A stretch of DNA of 64,000 nt from Gonapodya sp. JEL0774 (Eukaryota). Each line of letters begins with the position of its first letter. Within the stretch, counting starts at the first letter, position 1. A program made the translations under genes and the position numbers. Positions 11,601 through 23,982 of this stretch are shown here, one piece after another. The stretch covers positions 1 to 64,000 of the forward strand of contig JADIIX010000128.1 of assembly GCA_027604505.1 (NCBI GenBank), given 5' to 3'. The notes under the pieces are model-generated. The model was given only the letters and a program-made list of their open reading frames with translations, searched no databases and was not told the DNA's origin.

Positions 11601-14600
11601 GCGCTTGAGCTGTGATTGCATCGGATGGAGGAAGACGGTTCGGCGGAGTTGAGATCTGGTCGAACTCGGCACGTAAGGACGCGACAGTCCGGCGAGTATT
11701 GGGAGGAGTGATCGGGTCCACAGTCATTGCTTCGCTCGTTGCGTAAGGGTTCATTGAAGGAGCTGGGTCCGGGATAATTTGGTTGACAGGCGTGCTCCAT
11801 CCGTCCGCAGGCGATCTCGGAGGGGCATTCTCAGCGCCTCCTCCGACCCCTCCCGACCTGTACAGTGACGATGGAGATGGTGACCTCGCGATACTGGACC
11901 TCTTCAGATATTGGTCTCGCTCCCTCGTCCTCCTCCGACCCCCCGCCTCGCTGCCTCCTTCACTTCCCCTGCTCCTCGACCTGGTATCGTTATCTTCATA
12001 CTCAGATGTGGTACCCCTGGTCCGACTCCTCGCCCGGTCTCTCGAAGACCGAGCCGGCGGGACTGGTGGCATACCCCGCTCAGGTGAGCCATCCTCGGAC
12101 CGACCATCGACCCCACGCCGCACCGCATGTCCAGCACCCGGCGGTGTAACAGGTCGTTTTCCCTCTGGCAGATGTTTGGTATGATGCGCACCAGGAGGTG
12201 TCGGTGGGCGCGCCGAGACCCGCTCAGTCAAAGAATGGTGAGTTCCGCTTGATCGTCGGCCATGACCTTTCTCCGACTCCCCGTCCGTGCCGTGATCCCT
12301 GCGTTTCTTAGGTCTATCCAGAGATCGCTTGTTAGGCGTTGCCGAAAGAGGGGTGCTAGGCAGGGCGGAGCGGGGGGTGCCCTCTGGTGTATCAGACTCG
12401 TAAGTCGAAGCAGGACGCGCTCGGGATCGGGCACGTGGAGTGTCTGTCGACCGGCGTGATTTGTCGCGACGGTCGCCCCGGTCCCCTCGATCGCCCCGAT
12501 CCCCTCGGTCGCCACGGTCGCCACGTTCACCCCCTCGGTCACCACGATCACCAGGGTCATGCTCCTTGTCCCTGTCCCTGTCCCTATCTTTATCCCTACC
12601 CTTCTCTCTCGAAGCTTGCAGCTGCGTTGATTCTGCGATTTCGGCCTTCATGCTTGGCGGCTGTTGGTGCGTACCCACCGCGGCAACACGGTCCGCCGGA
12701 GGATCTACAGACTGGCTTCGCTGATTGAAAGTTGGTGGTTGCGCCTGCTGTGTTTGGGACTCAAAAATCACAGCTGACTGAAGTGGATTGGCAGCCGTTG
12801 GTGATGACGGTGGAGAAGCCAGAAACGGAGGAGGCGGTGAAGGTGCAGCGGTTCGCCGACGTGGGAAAGTTGCGCTTGAGGGTACCGGTGGTTCAGTGGC
12901 ATTGTTGGCGACCGTCGCCAATGATGCGAAAGTCGACGCTGACGCTGATGATGTCAACCCCCCTGCAACAACTCCGACTCCGCTGGCTCCTGTCCCGGGC
13001 GCTGAGAATCTCAGCGACGCCATACTGGGCGTCGCAGGAAACCCAAAGGGTCTGCCTCCAGCTGCTGCGCCCGACGTCATGGTCGACAGTGAAGCGAAAG
13101 AATCCGTTGCGGAGTGTGCGGGGAACCGTAACGAGGCCATTGATGGAGAACCACTGGAGCTCAACAAACCCAGCACTCGAGAAGTTCGGTCCTGGGCGGA
13201 TGCCACTGCTGCAGCAGACGCAGGGGCTCCGGAAGCTGTGGCTGTTGAGTCTTGGTTAGCGATGTTCGACGAGGAGAACCGAAGCGAGGCCATGGAAGGG
13301 GTAGATGGAAACCCAAACACTCGCGAAGTTCGGTCGGCGGGGTTGGAACTGAAAGGCAACTGCTCTGGAACCGAGTCCCACCCTGAGAGTGCCTTTGCGC
13401 CGAAAATAGACTGGCGCTTGTTCGGCGCACCCGACGTGGACGAGACGTATGTGGACGTTGGACGACCGCCAGGAGTGGTGTAACCAGTGGAGGAGTCAGA
13501 TGAAGTGGCTGCCGCGGGAAACCCGTTGGTGGTTCCAAGCAGGCCGCCGACCGCGGCACGGTTGTAGGCGTCGAGCAAGTCGGAGAACGTTCGATCGGAT
13601 CGCTTTTTTGCGGTCGCCACGGCCTCCTCTGTGATCTTAGCCCCACGCTTGAGCAACGTTTGAACCACGTCCACGGACGGTTTGACGGGAATCAGCACCC
13701 TCACTGCGTCCCACGTATCCTGCGGGTCTCTTATTACAGCTGCTCCGCCGGGCATATTGAACCTGAGCCGTCCTGAAGTGAGAGCGAGCTCCAGAGCGGA
13801 TCCAAACCGGCGGTGAGTATCTTGAGCCCATCGCGAGTCCCAAGTGACACGTGACCAGGGACGGGGGTCCGCGGGTTTGGGGAAGTAATTGGGAAGGCAA
13901 TAGGAGATGGGGAGGTTGGGGTCCGCGCCTAGACAAGAGTTTGACAACAGCTGGTGAGAATTCGATACTGTAAGGGCGAACCCATGGAAGACTCCGACAG
14001 CCATCCATTTAGAATATATTTGCGTGGGCATCACTTGCTTTTCCCAAGAATGTTGTCCCTCTCGAGAATCCGAAAACCCCAGACAAAGTGACCCCACAGT
14101 CCAGCTTGACCCGAGAATCTTATCCAGCCTGCTGCACGTTCTGTAATCCAAGAAGATGATGGTCGCTCCCCATGTGGTGTCTCCACAAGAGCCGATCTGC
14201 CGGTGGCGGCTCATGCGCAAATCGCTTGGGCCCCATCAATGGTCTAGCAGATGTCCCAGAAGTTCCCTTGTCCAATCAAACTGCCATTTGCGATCCAGTT
14301 TTCGAAGGAGTGTCTCGTTTTCCATTTTACAGAGATGTCTGCTTTCATGTGTCGCTCTCGTTATGTCCAAGTCCCCAAACTCAAAGTGGGATACTGAATG
14401 ATCCCGGGTGCCGTTCGACAAGCAGGCCATTGCTACGACTGGCCTTTCACACCCTGCTCCATCATCAGCAGTTCTCAGCGTTTCCACCCCTTTGAGCTCG
14501 CCATCCTCGCCAAGCGTGGTCAAACTCTACCATTTCAACAACTCACCAGCGTCCAACAAGGCCTCGACAAGGTCCGCCCTGCCATCCCTGACTGCAATCG

Positions 14601-14790
14601 CTAGTGCGCTCTCCATCCATCTCGTATCCTCCACCACCTCATACCCGACGTCGACAAGCCTCACAACCACCGTCACAGACTTCCTCGCATCAGGATGGGC
14701 CCCTTCAGCCAACGCCGCCTTGAGATGGTCGATGCGGCCTCGTTCCACAGCTTCAACGAGTCGGACATCGGATTCGGACGAGCCCAGCAT
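8667..14790 (-). CDS. Atypical ankyrin-like domain + long S/P/R-rich region + coiled coils + C-terminal SH3 (paralog A), multi-exon
   Basis: Exon 1 reads MLGSSESDVRLVEAVERG...GAHPDARKSVTV...ESALAIAVRDGRADLVEALLDA. An intron at 13929-14546 is followed by GADPN...W...WDSRW...FGSALELAL. ORFs 11257-14220, 9707-11029 and 8826-9596 join via GT-AG introns. The SH3 reads CAALFEFKPTKEGELAMAVSDGVSVWHDFDDGWSY|GENIATNHFGFFPTSYV. Confidence 0.75.
12468..12600 (-). repeat. Coding low-complexity repeat, (GDR)n and (RD)n, within paralog A
   Basis: The translation RDKDRDRDRDKE...GDRGDRGGERGDRGDRGDRGDRGDRR derives from 9-bp and 6-bp periodic sequence. Confidence 0.8.
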
Positions 14791-16995
14791 TGCGACGACT
14801 GGGCTCGGCTGGCGGTTGAAAAGTAGAACTTCCCGTTCCCCAGGGGCAGGACGAAAGAGCGGATTCGTGAGATCGAAAAAAGCAGTCTTTCAAATAAATA
14901 AGGAGAAAAGAAAAGGAGTTCCAAATTCGGGTATCGAGGAACTCGGAGCGTTATGCAAAATGATAAAAAACGAATGTGCGTTGTCCTCCACAGGCCACGC
15001 TGGGCTGGCGGTGAGTGTGACGAGCTAAGTGCCCACTCAAAATGACAGAGGCAAGCGCCGCAAAGGCGGCATATTCTCTCCCGCTTTGCAAAATCTGAGA
15101 GCCATTGCCAATTTCTTCCCTTTCTTCGTGTCTAATTTAGCACCAGAACGTAATTTTATAGAACCACCATTAAGATGATGTCGAATATAACGTAATTCAA
15201 AGAACTACGGCCTTGGACAGTTATGCTAGAACAAGTATGCGAGTGAACAAGAGTGAGACGTCAGTTTCACTCGACACCTTCAAGTCACATAGGACAAAGT
15301 TAGATTTACAATATGTCACGATAGGGTAGTCCTGCACATATAATTGGTTGTGCTTATCCTCGACGGTGGCAGACTCAGGACCGCTCGCCAGACCACCACC
15401 ACTCGGATGTGGTGTAACCGTGACGGTCCCGTGGGTCTGGACGTAGTCTCGAGTACTCGTATGTATATTGCTCGTGTCTCTAGTATATGTGGTATTTATA
15501 CTAGTCTGTGGCCACCCGGTGGGCCAGATGTCACGGGTACACAACACGGGGTACATACAAGTCACACCTCAGAACAAATGCGCCGTTTCTCGAACACGAA
15601 GAGTTCACGCTGAAAATTTACTAGGTTCGTATTTTGATCTTTGATGGACACTAACAACGACGGTCTGTGAAGCCGGTGTTTGTATTATATGGTGAGGGAG
15701 AGGAACCAACGACAGTACCGAACACAATTCGACTTGGCTTCCAACAGCTCTACAAATCTTGAGACCATTCGTGGACAGATTTGTTTGTTGACTAAACAGC
15801 TTCGGGAACTTCCGCAACAAGGAACTGGCTGCAACTGATCCGCACTGCCGACGAAACCTCGACCAGGGCTGCTGATAACTGGTAAATACTGCGATGAATA
15901 CGTAATCTTCTCTTGTCGCAAGATTCAATTTTGTCAATCCGTTAGCCCCGTTGGTATAAGTCAACAGTCAAGCAGGCAAACACCTAGCGGGACGTGGTCT
16001 GTACCAGGATGTGGGAACTGAAGATGATCGCGTTGGAGATTAAAAGATAGGATTGATCAACAGCCTTTGATCATTCGCACTTTCATTGATGCTGCGTATG
16101 TACATTCGACACCCTGTTCATTGGTTGGATATAATCTCAAGGCTGGCACTCACCGCCGCTTCGAAGCACCAAAAATGCGAATGTTACAGATACAAAATCA
16201 CCATGCTGAAATACATATGTAGTTGAGATGAGGGCCGTCCGACACCCTCAAGTGTTACGAACTGTTTCGAAACTCAGATTGATAACGCGACGAACTCCCG
16301 CCGTTTTGTTTCCCGGAGACGGCGGTTGCTTCTTGTACTTCAGGAGGTTTTCCGAATGCTGAAAATTGTTGTTGGCAAATGCAAACAATCTTATAGAGGT
16401 GGGTTTGTTCTGTGTCACATGGGCGGATGGAGGCGGGACAACCCTGACATTTCATATTCAAATCTAATGCCAAGAACCATATTACTCCTCAATCTCATCA
16501 ACGATATTGCTCGCTCAAACTACAGACGTAAACGGAGCTTAGCCTGAGTGCTCCACCACGATGCTGTCGGCTGTATCACTTAGGATCATCATGTTTTAGT
16601 GCTTGCCAATATGTCGGTCGGATCATCATGTTTTCCTTGCCGATAATATGTCCTGAAGCTTCTTCCCAACAAAGGAGGTAAAGTAAGCACCTGATGAATC
16701 TGGTTGTGCCAGCTTTTCTTTCTTTAATTGTTTTTTGGAGTGTTGATTGGCATAATCGTGATAAAAAAAGGTATGCCAATGGCTCATCTGTTATACCTCG
16801 GCCCTTCGGCTCCACCAACCTGCCAAGAGCCAAGACTGCGATGGCTCATCCTCAGCCCCACCGAGAAATCCCAGGGTCGATCCCTCGAACGAACGTATTT
16901 AAAACACATCGCGCCCCCAAGTATCTGTGCATGATCATCACCTGAACTCCGCTTACTTTCAAACTCGTCAATCTTGCCCCCTTCCGTCACTAAGT

Positions 16996-19900
16996 ATGGC
17001 TACCGAGGTACTGGCAGCTACAGTGCCAGATGAATCTGCGCCGTTTACGTCGACAGCCGATGAAAAGGCAGTCGAAGCGTTTGGGAAGGAATACGATCTC
17101 GAGAAATCAGAGCAAGTGACGAAAAGGTGAGTAGACCTCACGTGAGGATTTGTTTTCAATCTGTCTGTTCCATACTGACGTTCCTGTTTGCTGAACTACC
17201 TCCAGTCGCTCCCTGTCAGTTTCTTGTCGCATTGTGCGTCTCGGCTGTTTCCTAACCTCTTCTTCACTTAATTTTGTGATCACAGAATTCCAGAAGTTGC
17301 TGCCGTTGTGTCAGAAGAAGATGAGTGAGTACCATTGCTGGCGGCTTTTCATGAGCTCCCTCAGGTGGCCATTTTTAACAACCGAATGACTTCAGCCCGA
17401 GCGTACCTTGCATGTCATTCCGTTCAATATTCATGGGTGTTTTGTACGCTGGTCTTGTTGCCGCCGTGAACCAGTACTTCTGTGAGTATCCACCTCAGAA
17501 TTGACCGTTCGGCTTTATTATTATCTCTGATCTTTCGAACTTCATCAGGGTTCCGCGACGAGCCAATTCAGCTTACACAAGTTCCTATTGCGCTCATTTC
17601 CTAGTGAGTTTTATGGTTTCGACAGTAGGTTCGTGCACATACCTCTCATGTACATCTCTCCAAAGCTTTATGGGAAAGGCGATGGAGTTCACTCTACCGA
17701 GAACTAAGTTCAAGTGGCCCCTGATCGGAGAATGGTCTCTCAACCCGGGTCCGTTCTCCCTCAAGGAGCACGGTATGTCAAAGTCGATTCACACCGCACG
17801 ACGTTATCATCTCACACGATTTCCATTTCCCGTCAACAGCCCTGATTACCATTTTCGCAAATGCCGGCTACCAATCTGCATACGCCACGGACATTCTTTG
17901 CATTCAGCGCCTTTACTACGGCCAGAACTTTGGTGCGGCTTATGGACTTCTGCTTATCCTCACAGTGAGTGTTCTTTCGAAAAGTCTTCTGTTCGAGCCC
18001 GTGCATGAACTTAACAGTGAACTCGGTTCCAGACGCAAGTCCTTGGGTACGGAATGGCCGGTCTGGGTAGAAGAACACTGGTAGACCCGCCCGCCATGTG
18101 GTGGCCCGGAAACCTCCCCACAGTCGCCCTTTTCAAGAGTCTCCACGAGCGAACCGCTGACAACAAGCTTGGCGTTCATGCCAGGTTCTTTGGTTTGGTC
18201 ACCCTCGGCGCCTTCTGCTGGTACTTTTTCCCGGGTTTCATTATGCCGATCCTTACCACGCTCTCGATCATGTGCTGGTTCAATCAAACGTGAGTGATGA
18301 CTCATTGTAACGGCAGTCGGGCTGTTGCTAAATAGTTCTCTGTCGGGCCCTCGCTAGGAACCACATCGTGGGAACTCTCGGAGCCGGCCAATCCGGTTTG
18401 GGTATCCTGAACTTCTCGCTTGACTGGTCTACAATTACGGTAAGCTCGCGAGCTCGGGACTCTAGTATCAGAATGTGGCTGGAGAAACCAATTTTGATAT
18501 TGCAGGCGTTCTTGTACAGTCCTCTCCAGTACCCCACATTCGCGATTCTCAATATTATTGCCGGCTGTGCCATTACAACTTGGGTGATCGTGCGTAGCCT
18601 TGACATACATGTGTTGTCTAATTCCAAAACTGAAACGTTTACGTTAATGATTTTCCAGATCCCGCTGTTGTATTACACCAACACCTACTCTGCCAAGCTC
18701 TTCCCAATTCTGTCGTCAAAATCGTTTGCCGTTACTACAGATGCTGATGGTGCAATTGCTGTCAGTCGATACAACGTCAGCCGGATTCTCACACCCGAGA
18801 AGACCTTCGACGAGGCTGCGTACAACAACTACTCCCCTCTGTACTTGCCTGCCGCCTTCGCTGTCGTGTACTTTATCTCGTTCTGTGGCGTGACTTGTGT
18901 TTTCACCCACGTCGCTTTGTGGCACGGCAAGGAGATCTACCAGCGCTACAAGGAGTCTCGCCAGTCCGACGGTGACATTCACAACGAGCTTATGGAGGCC
19001 TAGTACGTGTCTACTTGTGTCGAAAACCCCCGTTCTTCTGACTGATCTGTTGTCATCTGTACCGATCACAGTGAGAAAGTTCCGGAATGGTGGTTCGGCC
19101 TCGTCTTCCTCATCACGACAGTGCTCTCGTTCGTTGCAGTCCTCTACTGGCCAACCGAAATGCCGTGGTGGTCATTGCTTCTCGGTGAGTTTCGTTTCTC
19201 TTGGAGCGTATCATGTCAATGAGGGAAGTTCTAATCCGCTTTTACCTGCATGCAGCGATCGCAATGGCGGTGATCTCAACTGTTCCTTTTGGCATCGTCA
19301 TGGCAATTACGAACATTTTGCCTGGTCTGAACGTCATTACTGAGCTTGTTTACGGTTTTATGCTCCCAGGTCGCCCAGTCGGAAACGTCCTTTTCAAGGT
19401 GAGCCTTACTTTTACCCTCAAAACGATCGAAAACTCAATCTTTCGGTTTCTTCTTCAATATAGACGTACGGTTACATCTCCATGTACCAGGCGGTCACGT
19501 TCCTGCAAGACATGAAGCTCGGCCACTACATGAAACTTTCCCCAAAATCGGTCTTCTGGGCTCAGCTCACTGGCACCATTGTCTCGGGTGAGCTCATTGC
19601 GATTATCTTGTGCTAGAGCTTGACGTTGGAGTCGCCGTGTTATTAACGCTGCTTGATCTCAGGCATCGTGAACTACCTTGTGTTCGATGGAATCATGACC
19701 AACATCATCCACGACGATCCCGACGGTGTCGCGGAAGATGCGTACTACCCGTACACGGGTGAGTTTTGGTCTACTTAAATGAGCCACCTGCTTCTGTTCT
19801 GGGTTTGTGCTTACTGCGATTGGGATTTACTGCAATTGCTACTTGCTTCATAGTGCCCAACGCACAAGTGTTCTTCACGGCGTCAATTGTGTGGGGTGTG

Positions 19901-20714
19901 ATCGGTCCCCAGAGGCTCTTTGGCGTCGGCTCTTACTACGGAGCGCTTTCTCTTGGATGGCTGATCGGCTTGCTGGTGAGTTATCTCCGCATTATCACGT
20001 GATCGGTCGGACCGGCACAGGGTAAATCACCATGATAAAACCTCGACTTTTTAATCAGGTTCCTATTCCCTTCTATCTCCTCCACAAATGGTGAGTAATG
20101 TTGTAGCAGGCCACTATGCCGACGGTGGGGTTTGACACGGCTCCTTCAATTAATCTTGATAGGAACCCCAAATTCGGATGGGACAACATCCACATCCCCG
20201 CCCTCTTCAACGGTCTCGGCATTTTGCTGCCCGCCCGCCCTGTCAACTTCTACACTTGGGCAGCCGTCGGTGTCTTCTTCAACCACTACATCCGGAGTCG
20301 GTTCCCTAAGGTTTGCACGTAGCCGCACGGTGGCCGCACCTCAAATTTTTGGTAACCGAAATCCCTTTGTTTGTATTGCTCAGTGGTGGACTAGCTTCAA
20401 CTACGTTCTTTCTGCTGCGCTGGACTCGGGCACCGCACTTGGTATCCTCTTCATTGCAGTGTGAGTTAACGAAATCAAGCAGATTTACGACCCAAACATC
20501 AATGTGACCTGTCTTTTCTGGATGACAAAACTCCAGATGTATCACATTTGCTTCTAACAGCAACGCGGTTATGCCGACATACTTTGGAAATCCCGACACT
20601 GGTGAAAGTGGATTGACTTTGGACGTGAGTTGGGACATCTTTGATTATCATTTGATTTTCAAGTGACACCAAGTATTTTACCGCACCTTACAGTACTGCA
20701 AAGTCGGACCTTGA
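16996..20714 (+). CDS. OPT-family oligopeptide transporter, many exons
   Basis: OPT motifs are spread across exons: [117 protein letters not shown] at 16996, TGA at 20712-20714. Confidence 0.93.
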
Positions 20715-21478
20715 ACTAATCTTCCCCTGTCAAACCTGTTAGGAGAGTTTTTCTATTCATTTATTATGTATTTATCGTTTAGTGGCCGGGCTCTTGGTTA
20801 CACCAAGAAGTCATTGAGTTGGTCGCGTCAGCTTCAGCGGATATTTTGTATCTTCTTTCAATGGAGGACATCTGCTGCCTTATATTCAGTTCAAAATGCG
20901 AAAATCTCCTCTGGCTGGAGTCGCAACTTCCATCGGGATCCTCCAGCTGTCTTGAGTTTGTCCATTGGATTGTCAATGGCTCTAAATGGGATTGTATTCG
21001 TGAGATCCAGTTCCAACTTGCGCACTCTTCTTTTGAGCATCAAACGCATGACGTTCGTTGGGCCTAACTCAGTAGAAGTTGCAAACGGACAATCGCTTCC
21101 ACGCCGGGCAACTAGTCCTTCAGCCTTGATACCAAAATAGCATAATATTATGCGTCTCCACCGCCCCGCCCCCCCCCCTTTGGGAGGGTGACGGTAATTC
21201 TCCGCTCCCAGAACGCCCTCTGCAATGACCTGCCGCCTGTTATGGCCGTCCTCGTGCAGAGGTGGAGGACGTAACTGTATACATGATTCAGTGATTCTAC
21301 CACCGAGTGAGCTAAAAAGCCCTTTGCATAAATTGACCCAAACGGACCGAAGTAGGGCAATTACAGTAATTGAGCGAATTTTGTTTGAGCTTGAGTTCCT
21401 CATGGAAGGGGTCCAGTGGCAGCAATATGTTTATTAGCTGCTGCCCCAACAGAAATACACCGCATTCCCGGAAAACCA

Positions 21479-23407
21479 ATGTCTGACCGAGTCGACATTG
21501 AGCTAATCGAGGCCGTCGAGTTCGAAAGCGTGGATCGCGTCCGCAGACTTCTCGCCCAAGGAGCGAATGCAAATTCTCGCAAGAGAGTTTCACTCACTGC
21601 ACGCGTGAAGGAGGAAAGACTTTTGAGAAAAGGAGGGCTCTTCTACAGCGATCAATACGAGACCATCGTTGATGCAAGGACTGATGCGATCGAGTGCGAG
21701 TCTGTGCTTGGCTTAGCCATCATGCGAGGAAATGAAGACATTGTTCGAGCATTGCTTGAAAATGGGGCTGATCCGAACATGGAGATAGCTTGGAAAATCT
21801 CCAGCTGGGGAAAGTCTTGGGATGTTGCCAAGTGGAACGACCGACGATGGTATTGGACTTCATCATTCCTGTGTCCTCTGATGCTTGCCATGGCACGTGG
21901 GGGTACCTGGAGCTTCTCGAGTGGCGGGGGTACGGGCGAGTTGCCGTACTCTGATGGAACTATCTATGCCAATCGAAAGGGCGGGAACGTGCTGCTGGAT
22001 AATCCCAGAAGAGAAGAGGACAGCTATGCCACCATTCGCTTGAACCCAAACCTGGAAATTGTCAAGATACTCATTCAATACCACGCTAATGTGACTACTG
22101 GTGTCCTTGCTACCGCCAAGAGACATTCAAATTCTCAATTCTCAGAGATTCTTGAAAGTCATCCATCTGAGCGACAGAACTTCCCATCCCAGCAAACACC
22201 GAACTGGGCTATCATCCCTGATTTGAATCTGACCTCTCAGCCTACCCGGCAATTTCCTCAACAGCTCGCAAATCAACACGTGACCAAACGCGAGGGCGTT
22301 CCCTCCACCGATCCTAATAACTTGAGTCGCCCACCTTGGCAGATAGATTATCGAAGTATAATCAAAGGTGAAAAGATTGGCGAGGGAGGATTTGGAGTTG
22401 TGTTCAGGGCCGAGTGGACTGCCATAGACGTTGCCGCCAAGTACTTGAAGCTTGAAAATGGAGCATCACGGGAGGCTTATCGAACAGTGAGTCTTCCCGT
22501 GAATTGAACCATCCTGTCTCTCTCAATGACGATTGTTGTGACACTCTCCTTGCGTGCCAGACATTCTACCAGGAGGTGGCGGCCTGGCATGCAGTCGGAT
22601 ACCACCCAAATGTTGTTCCTCTCCTTGGTGCATCGTGGGAAGCTCCACAACCTGTAATGATCTCAAAATTCATGAAAAATGGGAATGTACTGGATTACCT
22701 GGCCAAGTGCAAAGCCAATGGAACATCTGTGGACAAACTCCGCGTAGTGAGTCTTTTTTACTCGGTTTTGATACTCACTCCGTGAGCACTTCCTTGTTTC
22801 AATCGGTGATGTTTCAACAACAGCTTCACAACATAGCTGCAGGGATGTTTTACCTCCACAGTGTTCGTGATATTGTCCACGCTGACTTGAAGCCACAGAA
22901 CGCCTTGGTGGATGATGATGGGTCAACCTTGGTTGCGGACTTTGGGACCTCCAAAATTCTTGATTTACCTTCCGAGGGGATCACTGGAAATCGCGCTGGA
23001 ACAGGGATATATATGCCCCCAGAGCGTTTGGAAGGTGGTGGAGCAACAAAGGAAGGGGACGTGTTCGCATTCGGCGTAACTGCGTATCGTGTGAGTGTTT
23101 GGTCAGTGAGCCAGAACATGCGAGTGGAAGGATGAGTTACTCATATATGCCGTTGATCTGACAAAAGATCTGGACTGAACGAATTCCCTACTCTGAACTT
23201 GGTTTAGAAGAACTGGTAACTCTGCGGTTGATCGACAAAGGCCAGCGTCCCCTCATCAAGGAGTCGGACGAAATGCCCCATGAACTTCAACGGCTTGTTT
23301 GTCAATGCTGGGATGCAGACCCTCTGGTGAGGCCGGGCTTTGAGCTCATTGCTAGGCGATTGAAAGATATGAGAGGGTTGGCAAACCGTAGTTCTGAGAC
23401 TGCTTGA
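21479..23407 (+). CDS. Atypical ankyrin-like domain fused to a TKL-type non-RD protein kinase (paralog B), 4 exons
   Basis: The N-terminus reads LIEAVE...LLAQGANANSRKRVSL...ESVLGLAIMRGNEDIVRALLENGADPN...WKI..W...W...RW. Kinase motifs are IGEGGFGVV, VAAK, HPNVVPLLG, HADLKPQN, DFG, GTGIYMPPE, DVFAFG and CWDADPLVRP. Introns are at about 22487-22560, 22747-22823 and 23091-23167. Confidence 0.88.
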
Positions 23408-23982
23408 ACACGGCAAGTACAGCTGTTTCTGATCATGACCACTCAATTAATTATGATTGTTTCAAGTAATTGTATGACGAGTTGCACAAAATAATTGTAT
23501 GGTGTCTGTGTCTGATGTCTCGGACATGGCGCCTATTGTTATTCCGCAATGAAGCATATTTCCATCTCTTGATTCCCACGTCTACCGGTTCTATGATTAT
23601 TCGTCTATTACTTGATGAAGTTTTGGGACCGCCCTCCACCCCCCGGCCCCCCTCTTCGACCCACCGTGGAATATCAAACATTGCATCTGCGCCGTTTCAT
23701 CGCCTTTAATTGATAAAATGTACCAATCTTTGACTATACCTTATACGGACGCAACTTGAAACAGGTTCTGCCCCCCACGTTGTGAGGAGATTTTGTGGTT
23801 GACTCACCGGCAACCTGAGGGACGCATTCCCGCAGACGAGGGACACCGATTCACAAGTTTGAAAATTTTGCAGTTTCACAAAGTTTGCAGACCAACTGAA
23901 GCCAAAAAGCTCACCTGCAGCGTTTTCTGGAGTCACTTCCGAGTTCTGGACACTGTTGGAGGAGAGTACCAACGCTGACCAA

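Noticed and set aside
13929..14220. N-terminal part of the 987-aa ORF 11257-14220
   Set aside because: It lies in the inferred intron 13929-14546. The real start exon is the ankyrin-like exon at 14547-14790.
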